Shown piece after piece: positions 53,516 to 61,366 of a stretch of 64,000 nt of DNA. Under the pieces are notes generated by a model that had not been told where the DNA came from, searched no databases, and saw only the letters and a list, made by a program, of their open reading frames with translations. A program made the position numbers and the translations under genes. Origin of the DNA: Deltaproteobacteria bacterium (lineage in GTDB: Bacteria; Bdellovibrionota_B; Oligoflexia; Oligoflexales; Bog-1112); the NCBI GenBank assembly GCA_016186945.1, contig JACPKR010000032.1, positions 10,198-74,197 on the forward strand. The letters are read 5' to 3'. Numbering within the stretch: position 1 is the stretch's first letter; each line of letters begins with the position of its first letter.

Positions 53516-54952
53516 ATGCACTTACTCGTACGTTTATCTGGTGAGATTTTCCTAAAGTCGACAAGGGTCAGCAGGCGCTTTCAAAAACAGCTAAGCTCCA
53601 ATCTTAAAGCAGCATTTCGCCAGGAAAAGATCGCTTACCGTCTACGCGAAGAATGGACGCGCCTCTGGGTGCATTCTGATGACGAACGGGTGCTGGGCCT
53701 AGTCCAGAGGATTTTTGGAATTCAGGCCATTTCCCTGATTGAGCATGAATGTCAGGCTGATCTTGACGAAATTGTTCGAGAGGGATCGGCGTTTTACCTT
53801 CCTCTCATACAAGGAAAACGCTTTGCGGTCAGCGCTCGCAGGGGAGGAACGCACTCGTTTAACTCGATGGATATCTGCCGCAGATTGGGACAAGCACTGA
53901 ACAGTCCCAACACGGCTTCGATGGTCGATCTTAGCAACCCGGAACTTACCGTTTGCGTCGACATCAAGGACGATCGCGCCTATTTTTACCGCACAACAAC
54001 GAAAGGTCCGGGCGGCCTTCCCCTGGGAACAGGCGGACATTGTGTGAGTCTTATTTCAGGGGGCTTTGACTCTGTCGTGGCTTCGTGGATGTTGCAGAAA
54101 AGGGGAGTCACTCTCGAATTTCTATTCTGTGACTTAGTGGGAGACCCTTTTCGAACGGATGTGATAGGCATCGTGAAGCGACTGGCGCAAACTTGGAGTT
54201 TTGGATATACCCCCCGCCTTCATATCATCGACTTTCGTCCCCTGGTGAAGGATATTCAAACTCACGTCACCCCTGCTTACTCCCAAGTGATTCTCAAACG
54301 TTTATTCTATCGCGCAGCGTCCATGTTAGGACAAACAGTTGAGGCGAACGGTATTGTGACGGGGGAAGCATTAGGGCAAGTATCCTCCCAAACTTTGAAA
54401 AACCTTCAAGCCATCTCAAGCGCCGTGAACGTGCCCATTTTGCGTCCCCTAGTCGCATTCGACAAACCGGAAATTATTACAATGAGCCGTAAGATCGGCC
54501 TCTATGAACTTTCCTCCCGGGTTAAGGAATTCTGTCAAATCGTCCCGCAAAAACCTGTGACAGCTTGTTCGCCTGAGCGGGCAGAACAGGAAGAATTCAA
54601 GCTTGACATGCTTCTGCTGGAGACGCTCTTTGCGGGGCGAGAAATCATCGAACTCGCATCCATTGAGAATGGTAAACAGGATAACCCTTTCTTCATAGAT
54701 AAGGTTCCGCGAAACGCTGTTGTGATCGACTGCCAGTCGGAAGAAGCGTTTCAAAAGTGGCATCATGAAACTGCTCAGCATTGGGAGTTTCATGACTTGC
54801 TCTCAGCCTACCCCGCTTTCTCGAAGGAAAAGACATACGTTGTTTATTGTACGTTTGGCACTCAGAGTGCTGTTGCTGTCCAACAAATGCGAAATAGCGG
54901 GTTTCATGCTTTCAGTGTGAAGGGAGGGGTGAAAACCCTCGCTCGCCACTAA
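53516..54952 (+). CDS. thiI: tRNA 4-thiouridine synthase ThiI with C-terminal rhodanese domain
   Basis: MHLLVRLSGEIFLKS start (AGGGG upstream; TTG 53492 is over-extended). PP-loop LISGGFDS. Rhodanese-like C-terminus with VVYCTFGTQS. Confidence 0.9.
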   Translation: MHLLVRLSGEIFLKSTRVSRRFQKQLSSNLKAAFRQEKIAYRLREEWTRLWVHSDDERVLGLVQRIFGIQAISLIEHECQADLDEIVREGSAFYLPLIQGKRFAVSARRGGTHSFNSMDICRRLGQALNSPNTASMVDLSNPELTVCVDIKDDRAYFYRTTTKGPGGLPLGTGGHCVSLISGGFDSVVASWMLQKRGVTLEFLFCDLVGDPFRTDVIGIVKRLAQTWSFGYTPRLHIIDFRPLVKDIQTHVTPAYSQVILKRLFYRAASMLGQTVEANGIVTGEALGQVSSQTLKNLQAISSAVNVPILRPLVAFDKPEIITMSRKIGLYELSSRVKEFCQIVPQKPVTACSPERAEQEEFKLDMLLLETLFAGREIIELASIENGKQDNPFFIDKVPRNAVVIDCQSEEAFQKWHHETAQHWEFHDLLSAYPAFSKEKTYVVYCTFGTQSAVAVQQMRNSGFHAFSVKGGVKTLARH

Positions 54953-55110
54953 GGGCAATAGCAAGGAAGGGTAATTCTTGGAGGAACCAGCTGCGCAGTT
55001 TCCTCCAAACCACCTCCTTGCCCTTGAGGGAAAACCTTGCCCTTGAGGGAAAACCTTGCCCTTGAGGGAAAACCTTGCCCTTGAGGGAAAACCTTGCCCC
55101 AAGTGAAATC
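54953..55110 (-). repeat. MITE-derived variant (GGGCAATAGCAAGGAAGGG sub-family) starting right after the thiI stop
   Basis: GGGCAATAGCAAGGAAGGGTAATTCTTGGAGGAACCAGCTGCGCAGTTTCCTCCAAACCACCTCCTTGC, followed by a 19-bp tandem array and a degenerate TIR (CCCCAAGTGAAATCACTTG). Confidence 0.8.
55016..55100. repeat. 19-bp tandem repeat, ~4.4 units (CCTTGCCCTTGAGGGAAAA)
   Basis: Read directly; the units are perfect. The TTGAGGGAAAAC motif also occurs as a hairpin in the related copy at ~7070-7104. Confidence 0.9.
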
Positions 55111-55148
55111 ACTTGTGTTTTTAGGGCATTAAAGTAAAATGTCAGAGT

Positions 55149-56573
55149 ATGCTCATCTCCGCGAGGCTACCTGTGTCAAGACCTGCTGCCTTACTACTGG
55201 TGATTTTTTTCGCGCAGATAGCCTATTCCCTGGATCAAGCTTGCCTCTCCGTTTTCAAATCAAAACCTATTTTCTCGTTATACTTCCACATGGAAGACTT
55301 CATCGCAGGTGACGAACTGCCCTTGTCGATCGCCGACGTCGACCACGAGAAGGTGGAGCGCATTTGGCGAATTTTCACACCGATGCTTGTTGAAAATCAT
55401 GGGGTAAGCCTGGAGGATGTGGAGCGTAGCCTCGCATTTATCCAAAAAGCGAGGGGGAAAGTCGATGCATTACTGGACGAACAATGTAGTGTTTATGTTC
55501 ACACAGATCAGACGTATTTGAAACTCCCTGTCTTATTCACAAAATCGGGGCATATTTACCTGCTTCTTGATCAGCTTGATAGAAAGCGTCCCAAAGGAGG
55601 TTTCAAGCAATTTTCTCGAGGCATAGAACTTGATACAGAAAGGGTCGTAGCCCATCTAGCTTCTTTCCCGAAGAACAAGGCAGAGCAATTCACCTTACGT
55701 GAATTGTCGGTTTTGGAGGCAGTCAAGGGGAGCATGGTGGCACCTGACTTATGGGACTGGGAAATTTATCCGGCCATTGTTGACGGCACCATGGTCCCTA
55801 CCTATGCGTTTCAAACCGAACTTTTTCATGAAGACCTGCGTTCCGCTAGTCGTCACATCATTTCGGAACAAACTTATGCACTGTTGCTGCGCCAGGCTTT
55901 GGAAGCCTTACTCAATCTACACGAGAAAGGATATATTCACGGTGACGTCAAACCCGGGAACTTTCTTGTGAACGAGGATCTTTCCCGACTGGTTCTCATC
56001 GACTTTGGACTTTCTCACGCAGTCGGATCGAGCCAGTTTGGGATGAGTCTGGAAGGTACGAAAGGATTTCTCGCTCCTGAGTTGTGTGTCAATTTCTATG
56101 AAGATGGTCGCGCGTATGTGACAGAGTCAGAAGCTAAAAAAGCAGAGATATTTTCGCTCGGTATGAGTTTTCTTGAACTATTGAAAGGCCCAAAATATCC
56201 TCTTTATGTTGCCATACGCTCGTTTAACCGCATGATCCTGGGCAAGGGGACAAAAGTAAAGCTGGATCCCGATGCCTTTTACTCTTCTCTGGGTCAGCTG
56301 TCGGTGATCTATCGGGAAGCGGTTCGCGGGGAAGAGCCTGGAACTCTTAGCTCGCTTCTTCTAGAGCTGGTGAATATTGAGGCAGACTTACGACCCGACC
56401 TTGTGGCAAGAAGGTGGTTTGGAGGAAACTGCACAGCTGGTTCCTCCAAGAATTTCCTTGGGGGAGCGACCCTTCGATTTCGCTCAGGGCAGGCTTTTCC
56501 CTCGTCCCCCGAACCCCCCTCTCCCTTTTTGCCACAAACAGCTCACGGATTCCCTTACTTTTGCAAGTTATGA
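55149..56573 (+). CDS. Eukaryotic-like (Hanks-type) Ser/Thr protein kinase with N-terminal signal/anchor; C-terminal ~60 codons are MITE-encoded
   Basis: Catalytic loop YIHGDVKPGNFLV, IDFGLS (DFG), GTKGFLAPE (APE). N-terminus MLISARLPVSRPAALLLVIFFAQIAYS. From ~56386 the frame reads ARRWFGGNCTAGSSKNFLGGATLRF..., the same peptide seen in spurious MITE ORFs elsewhere. Confidence 0.8.
   Translation: MLISARLPVSRPAALLLVIFFAQIAYSLDQACLSVFKSKPIFSLYFHMEDFIAGDELPLSIADVDHEKVERIWRIFTPMLVENHGVSLEDVERSLAFIQKARGKVDALLDEQCSVYVHTDQTYLKLPVLFTKSGHIYLLLDQLDRKRPKGGFKQFSRGIELDTERVVAHLASFPKNKAEQFTLRELSVLEAVKGSMVAPDLWDWEIYPAIVDGTMVPTYAFQTELFHEDLRSASRHIISEQTYALLLRQALEALLNLHEKGYIHGDVKPGNFLVNEDLSRLVLIDFGLSHAVGSSQFGMSLEGTKGFLAPELCVNFYEDGRAYVTESEAKKAEIFSLGMSFLELLKGPKYPLYVAIRSFNRMILGKGTKVKLDPDAFYSSLGQLSVIYREAVRGEEPGTLSSLLLELVNIEADLRPDLVARRWFGGNCTAGSSKNFLGGATLRFRSGQAFPSSPEPPSPFLPQTAHGFPYFCKL
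56386..56547 (+). mobile_element. MITE copy (long sub-family, ends degenerate) embedded in the 3' end of the kinase ORF
   Basis: CTTACGACCCGACCTTGTGGCAAGAAGGTGGTTTGGAGGAAACTGCACAGCTGGTTCCTCC...CCCTTCGATTTCGCTCAGGGCAGGCTTTTCC...TTGCCACAAACAGCTCACG. Confidence 0.8.
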
Positions 56574-56827
56574 TAGACGATATAAATGATCGCAGGGATC
56601 GCGAGCACGGCAAACACTGTTAGAATCGGACCTGAAAATGCAGTCATAATGCCAAAACTTGCCAATGTGCCTAGCCATATTTCGTAAATGCGAGAGTCCG
56701 GACCTGCGTAAATCGCTAAAGCTGCAAAAATTCCTATCACACAGGCAATCGTTGCCAGCAAGAGCACTACATTGCGGGGTTTGAAACGCCGCGGCTTTAA
56801 GCCTTCTACTTTTTTTCCCATAGCCAT
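56555..56827 (-). CDS. Small 3-TM membrane protein (90 aa)
   Basis: GGGGGGAG immediately upstream. Three hydrophobic helices. Convergent with the kinase and overlapping it by ~19 nt. Confidence 0.5.
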   Translation of the reverse strand: MAMGKKVEGLKPRRFKPRNVVLLLATIACVIGIFAALAIYAGPDSRIYEIWLGTLASFGIMTAFSGPILTVFAVLAIPAIIYIVYHNLQK

Positions 56828-57016
56828 CTCCCCCCTTACTTGAATTTAATTTCGACACAATCGTTTCCTTCATTGAGAAGAAAAGAAGGCTGAAGCCAAC
56901 CGCCTAAAACGCCCGTTAAATTTACACAAAGTGCTATCTTTTTTTCTGCGAATATGGCATAAATTTCCTTAAGAATCACAAAATTTGGGAACATCTTTTT
57001 ACTTGAGGCTTGGATA

Positions 57017-57694
57017 ATGAACGAAAAGCCACGGGTTTGTGTAATTGATGAAAATCCGTTAGTAAAAACTGGATGGGAGCGGTCCCTAGGACGTCCCGTT
57101 GACCTTTATTTTTTTCAGGATCACTATAAGTTGTTTGCGCAGGCGGAAAAGGACAGCAGGTTAATTCCGTCGTTTCAGTGCATCATTCTTGGCCGTATGT
57201 TCCCGCATGTTGGACTGGACATAGTGTCGTGCGATGTTCCTGGTCGCATCAAGCGGCTTGCGACGGGACCCCTCTTTCTCAATTGGCAGGGTTATGTGGC
57301 AAAGGGCGATTTGGATCGTGCCTTTGATGGCAAGATTTTCCATCGCTATGGTATCAAGTGGAACACGTTGCGATTACGCATTCAGAAGGTTGACAAGAGA
57401 AAGCATGCCTGGCCCGAGTCGGTCGCCCCCTTACGTGTCAACATCGGCATGAACGTAAGTCGTTCGCAGAAGTGCCGGGAACTTTTACGTTCGATGGCTT
57501 CTCGTGCGGAGGGGAGGCACAAGCGTCGCATTGAGTATTATGCGAAAAACGACCCTCAGACTGGGATCAAGCTGCTTGAGGCGATTTACAACAAACTTTT
57601 GATAGAGAAGGATCGCCCACCGGACTGTCCAAGTCGCTACATCAATTCATCCCCTATCATCGCCGCCCGTATCTTGCGTGACGTCTTGAACTAA
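57017..57694 (+). CDS. Hypothetical protein (225 aa; degenerate receiver-like N-terminus guess)
   Basis: Clean ORF with plausible composition. RVCVIDENPLV resembles the start of a receiver domain, but no phospho-acceptor pattern is recognised. Confidence 0.5.
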   Translation: MNEKPRVCVIDENPLVKTGWERSLGRPVDLYFFQDHYKLFAQAEKDSRLIPSFQCIILGRMFPHVGLDIVSCDVPGRIKRLATGPLFLNWQGYVAKGDLDRAFDGKIFHRYGIKWNTLRLRIQKVDKRKHAWPESVAPLRVNIGMNVSRSQKCRELLRSMASRAEGRHKRRIEYYAKNDPQTGIKLLEAIYNKLLIEKDRPPDCPSRYINSSPIIAARILRDVLN

Positions 57695-57786
57695 TTGTGG
57701 CATGAGCAAAGAGCTTTTCGAGAAAAAAAGTCGCGGATGTTTCCGCCAAACCACCTTCTTGCGCACCTGTTCTAAGGAAGTCTGTC

Positions 57787-59598
57787 ATGGAAGAAAGAAG
57801 CAACCCAGAACTTTACGCTATTCGTCATTCGTTGGCTCATGTTTTAGCCCAGGCTGTTCAGCAACAGTTCAGCGGGGTCACCTTGGGATTTGGTCCTCCT
57901 ACGGAAACAGGTTTCTACTACGATTTTGACTTCCGGGGGCGGTCGGTCAGTGAGAAAGATTTTCCCGCGATCGAAAAAGGGATGCGGCGTATTATTCAGG
58001 AGAAACAGGTTTACAATCGAACTGACTGCTCCTTCGAAGAGGCTTTGGCTAAAGCAGAAACGTTAGGCGAGCCTTACAAAGTCATGAACATAAAAATGTT
58101 GAAAGAGAGGGGGGTTCAACATTTCTCCTTCTACAGCAACGACAAATTCGAAGACCTGTGCGAGGGGCCTCATGTTTCAGACACCGGAGTTTTGCCAGCG
58201 AAAGCATTCAAGCTGGATCGTGTAGCGGGAGCTTATTGGCTGGGTGATGAGCGCAATATTATGCTTACCCGGATTTACGCCCTAGCTTTCGAGACAGAGG
58301 AGGAGCTAAAGGACTTCCTGAGGCGGCGTGAAATTGCAGAAACATACGACCATAAGAAGTTGGGAAAGGAACTCGGTATCTTCCACTTCGATGACTTGGT
58401 GGGAAAGGGCCTGCCTCTCTGGCTTCCTGCTGGGACGGTCATTCGCGATGAGGTCGAAACTTACGCCAAGGAGATGGAATTCAAGGCGGGGTATCAGCGA
58501 GTCAGCACGCCGAACATAGCCAAGAAGCAACTTTACTTGATGAGTAAGCATCTGCCTGCCTATGAAGATTCGATGTTTCCCCCCATGATTTGCCACCATG
58601 AGGATACCGGGTATGAGGAACATTTCTATCTGAGGCCGATGAACTGCCCGCATCACCATTTGATCTTCAAGAGTGTACAAAGGAGTTATCGCGACCTACC
58701 GCTACGTCTGGCTGAATATGGGACTACGTTCCGCTATGAGCAGTCGGGAGAACTATCGGGGCTACTCCGTGTGCGAGGCATGACTTTAAACGATGCTCAC
58801 CTTTACCTTCGTCTTGAGCAGGTGGGGGAGGAAGTGCGCCAGATGCTCGGAATGTACATGGCCATGTACAAGACTTTTAAATTCCAGGATTACCGGTTCC
58901 GCCTTTCCCTAAGGGATCCCGACGGGGCGGGGAAATATCAAGGCAGCAGGGAAATGTGGGAAAAAGCTGAGTCCATGCTGACGAAACTCATGGACGGCAC
59001 CGGATTGCCTTATCAAAAAGGCGTGGGAGAAGCGGCGTTCTACGGTCCGAAAATAGATATCCAGTTTAAAAATCTGATGGGACGCGAGGAGACCGTTTCG
59101 ACCATTCAACTTGACTTCCTGGCTCCTGAAAACTTCGACCTCCACTATACTGACGAGGATGGCAAAGACCAGCGGCCGGTGGTCATTCATCGGGCACCCC
59201 TGTCCACTCACGAGCGTTTCGTGAGCTACCTCCTGGAGTATTACGGCGGCGCTCTGCCGACATGGCTTTCCCCCGTGCAAGTAGTCCTGATCCCCGTCAA
59301 TGAAGATTGTCATGACTTCTGCGAAGATTTGGCCGAACATCTGCATGGGAAATTCGTACGTGCTGAACTTGATTTCTCGCACGAGAGTTTCAACAAGAAA
59401 ATACGCACCCACACACTGAAGAAAGTTCCGCTTCTTCTCATCATTGGCAACAAGGAAGTACAGGAAGATTCCGTCACCGTGCGTCGCTTTGGAGTCAAGG
59501 AGCAGCAGACCCTCAAACGCGGTGTTTTTGTCGCTGAATTGCTGGAAGAAATCAGAGAGCGGAAGAATTTCCGTGAGCCGATCACCTCTATCGTCTAA
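57787..59598 (+). CDS. thrS: Threonyl-tRNA synthetase (short form without N-terminal TGS domain)
   Basis: Starts at the editing-domain HxxxH (IRHSLAHVLAQAV). Class II core motifs (FYLRPMNCPHH, RVRGMTLNDAH, GEAAFYGPKID) and an anticodon-binding domain. 603 aa. Confidence 0.92.
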   Translation: MEERSNPELYAIRHSLAHVLAQAVQQQFSGVTLGFGPPTETGFYYDFDFRGRSVSEKDFPAIEKGMRRIIQEKQVYNRTDCSFEEALAKAETLGEPYKVMNIKMLKERGVQHFSFYSNDKFEDLCEGPHVSDTGVLPAKAFKLDRVAGAYWLGDERNIMLTRIYALAFETEEELKDFLRRREIAETYDHKKLGKELGIFHFDDLVGKGLPLWLPAGTVIRDEVETYAKEMEFKAGYQRVSTPNIAKKQLYLMSKHLPAYEDSMFPPMICHHEDTGYEEHFYLRPMNCPHHHLIFKSVQRSYRDLPLRLAEYGTTFRYEQSGELSGLLRVRGMTLNDAHLYLRLEQVGEEVRQMLGMYMAMYKTFKFQDYRFRLSLRDPDGAGKYQGSREMWEKAESMLTKLMDGTGLPYQKGVGEAAFYGPKIDIQFKNLMGREETVSTIQLDFLAPENFDLHYTDEDGKDQRPVVIHRAPLSTHERFVSYLLEYYGGALPTWLSPVQVVLIPVNEDCHDFCEDLAEHLHGKFVRAELDFSHESFNKKIRTHTLKKVPLLLIIGNKEVQEDSVTVRRFGVKEQQTLKRGVFVAELLEEIRERKNFREPITSIV

Positions 59599-59613
59599 TA
59601 TAGAGTAGTGTAG

Positions 59614-59740
59614 GTAATGCTTTAGCACGTGGGGCAGAAAAGGGAGAGGGGGGTTTGGGGGGGCGAGGGAAGCGTCGCCTCCCCCGGATTTCTTGGAGGA
59701 ACCAGCTGCGCAGTTTCCTCCAAACCACCTCCTTGCCACA
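59614..59740 (-). repeat. MITE copy with diverged ends, between thrS and lgt
   Basis: GTAATGCTTTAGCACGTGGGGCAGAAAAGGGAGAGGGGGGTTTGGGGGGGCGAGGGAAGCGTCGCCTCCCCCGGATTTCTTGGAGGAACCAGCTGCGCAGTTTCCTCCAAACCACCTCCTTGCC. Confidence 0.8.
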
Positions 59741-59755
59741 ACAAGGGAGGATCTG

Positions 59756-60565
59756 TTGAGCAAGTATTTTACATGGGACATTGAACGCGAGATTTTTCAC
59801 ATCTATGGCCCGCTCAGTTTGCGGTGGTACAGCCTTCTTTTTATCGCGGGCATACTGGTAGGTAATTTGATTTTCGTGGGAATGGTGAAGAGGGAAGGCA
59901 AGCCTGTACAATTGTGCGAGTCTCTTCTTTACTATGTGGTCATAGGGCTTGTGGTCGGTGCACGACTCGGGCACTGCCTTTTCTACGACCCTCTTCATTA
60001 CCTGAGTAGGCCCTGGGAAATCCTTCAAGTGTGGGAAGGAGGCCTCGCAAGTCATGGGGGTTACCTGGGCTTGATCATTGCCTGTTACCTTTTTTCCCGT
60101 AAACATAAGGAAATGAGTTTCCTATGGATCATGGATCGCATGGCGATGATGGGCATTTTTGCAGGGGCGTTTATTCGTCTGGGAAATTTTTTCAACTCGG
60201 AAATCGTCGGTAGAGTCACGAACGTTCCCTGGGCTATCGTCTTTGCGCGTGTCGATGGTTACCCACGGCACCCGGCACAACTTTATGAGTCCCTGGGTTA
60301 CCTGACCATAAGCATGGGCCTCTATCTCCTTCACCGAACCACAAAAATTGGGAATCTTCCTGGAAGGCTGTTAGGGCTTGCCTGTGTGCTTGCATTCTCG
60401 TTCAGGACCTTCATAGAAATGTTCAAGGAGAACCAGGCAGCTTTTGAAAGTTCCCTGCCCTTCAACATGGGACAGCTTCTGAGTATTCCGTTTATTTTTG
60501 TAGGTATTCTTCTCATCCTTGGCGTTCACTCACGCTCGTCGTTGACTAAGAGCTTCCACAGCTAG
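59756..60565 (+). CDS. lgt: Prolipoprotein diacylglyceryl transferase
   Basis: GPLSLRWYSLLFIAGI, WEGGLASHGGYLG, and the GNFFNSEIVG..PWA pattern of Lgt. The proposed TTG start at 59756 has GGGAGG 5 nt upstream. ORF-track start 59693 (TTG) lies inside the MITE. Confidence 0.85.
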   Translation: MSKYFTWDIEREIFHIYGPLSLRWYSLLFIAGILVGNLIFVGMVKREGKPVQLCESLLYYVVIGLVVGARLGHCLFYDPLHYLSRPWEILQVWEGGLASHGGYLGLIIACYLFSRKHKEMSFLWIMDRMAMMGIFAGAFIRLGNFFNSEIVGRVTNVPWAIVFARVDGYPRHPAQLYESLGYLTISMGLYLLHRTTKIGNLPGRLLGLACVLAFSFRTFIEMFKENQAAFESSLPFNMGQLLSIPFIFVGILLILGVHSRSSLTKSFHS

Positions 60566-60576
60566 ATTGTGCCCCT

Positions 60577-61179
60577 ATGATTGACAACTTTATACGCGAA
60601 CGATTGCCGCCTTTTGTGAGTCCCCTTTTAAAACTATATAAAAGGTGGAATGTCCACCCTTGCACTCTTTCCCTCCTGGGGTTGGCTGTAACTGTCGTGT
60701 CCGCGTTTGCGATTGTGCAGGGCTTTTTTGTTACCGCCCTTTTTCTTTGGTATCTCAGTCGCATTTTTGACGGGACAGACGGTTTATGGGCCAGGGAGTC
60801 GGGGAGGGAATCTGCGTTTGGGTCTTACCTTGATTTCGTTTGCGACATGACAGCTTACTCACTGATAGTCGTCGCATTCTATGTACGGATCCCCGAGCTG
60901 ACACCCTACTGGATGGCCATGCTGTTTCTCTACATTGTATGTACGACAAGTGCGCTAACGCTTGGTTCCCAGGAGCAGCGTTTGGGCCTTTCTCCGCGCG
61001 ACAATCGCGGGCTTCGCCTCGGTGCGGGGCTTGCCGAAGCGGGGGAAGCGTCGATCGCTTACACACTCCTTCTTTTATTCCCGCAGTTCATGAAACCTAT
61101 CGCTACGGGATGGCTTCTCGTCCTCGGACTGACTGTGATCTTGCGAACATTGCTAGCCTACAAGACCCTCCCGCGTTGA
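60577..61179 (+). CDS. CDP-alcohol phosphatidyltransferase family protein
   Basis: DGTDGLWARESGRESAFGSYLDFVCD fits D-G-x2-A-R-x8-G-x3-D-x3-D. 200 aa, multi-TM. Confidence 0.85.
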   Translation: MIDNFIRERLPPFVSPLLKLYKRWNVHPCTLSLLGLAVTVVSAFAIVQGFFVTALFLWYLSRIFDGTDGLWARESGRESAFGSYLDFVCDMTAYSLIVVAFYVRIPELTPYWMAMLFLYIVCTTSALTLGSQEQRLGLSPRDNRGLRLGAGLAEAGEASIAYTLLLLFPQFMKPIATGWLLVLGLTVILRTLLAYKTLPR

Positions 61180-61198
61180 AGATGTTACAATTATTTTT

Positions 61199-61355
61199 GT
61201 AATACGTAACCCGCTTGTGGCAAGGAGGTGGTTTGGAGGAAACTGCGCAGCTGGTTCCTCCAAGAAATCCCTTGGGGGGGCGACCCTTCGCTTTGCTCAG
61301 GGCAGGCTTTTCCCTCGCCCCCCCAAACCCCCCTCTCCCTTTTCACAAACAGCTA
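61199..61355 (+). repeat. MITE copy (long sub-family, diverged ends)
   Basis: GTAATACGTAACCCGCTTGTGGCAAGGAGGTGGTTTGGAGGAAACTGCGCAGCTGGTTCCTCC...CCCTTCGCTTTGCTCAGGGCAGGCTTTTCC...TTTCACAAACAGCTATTGG. Confidence 0.8.
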
Positions 61356-61366
61356 TTGGGTGTTCT

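Noticed and set aside
55016-55100. Possible CRISPR array: regular short repeats at 55016-55100, and also the triplication at 36117-36216.
   Set aside because: The units are directly tandem with no unique spacers. They are 19 bp and ~36 bp long, they derive from the MITE core, and no cas genes are present.
58909-59781. 290-aa minus-strand ORF 58909..59781.
   Set aside because: It starts in the MITE at 59614-59740 and runs antisense through the thrS anticodon-binding domain. It is an artefact of the stop-poor repeat plus antisense ORF persistence.
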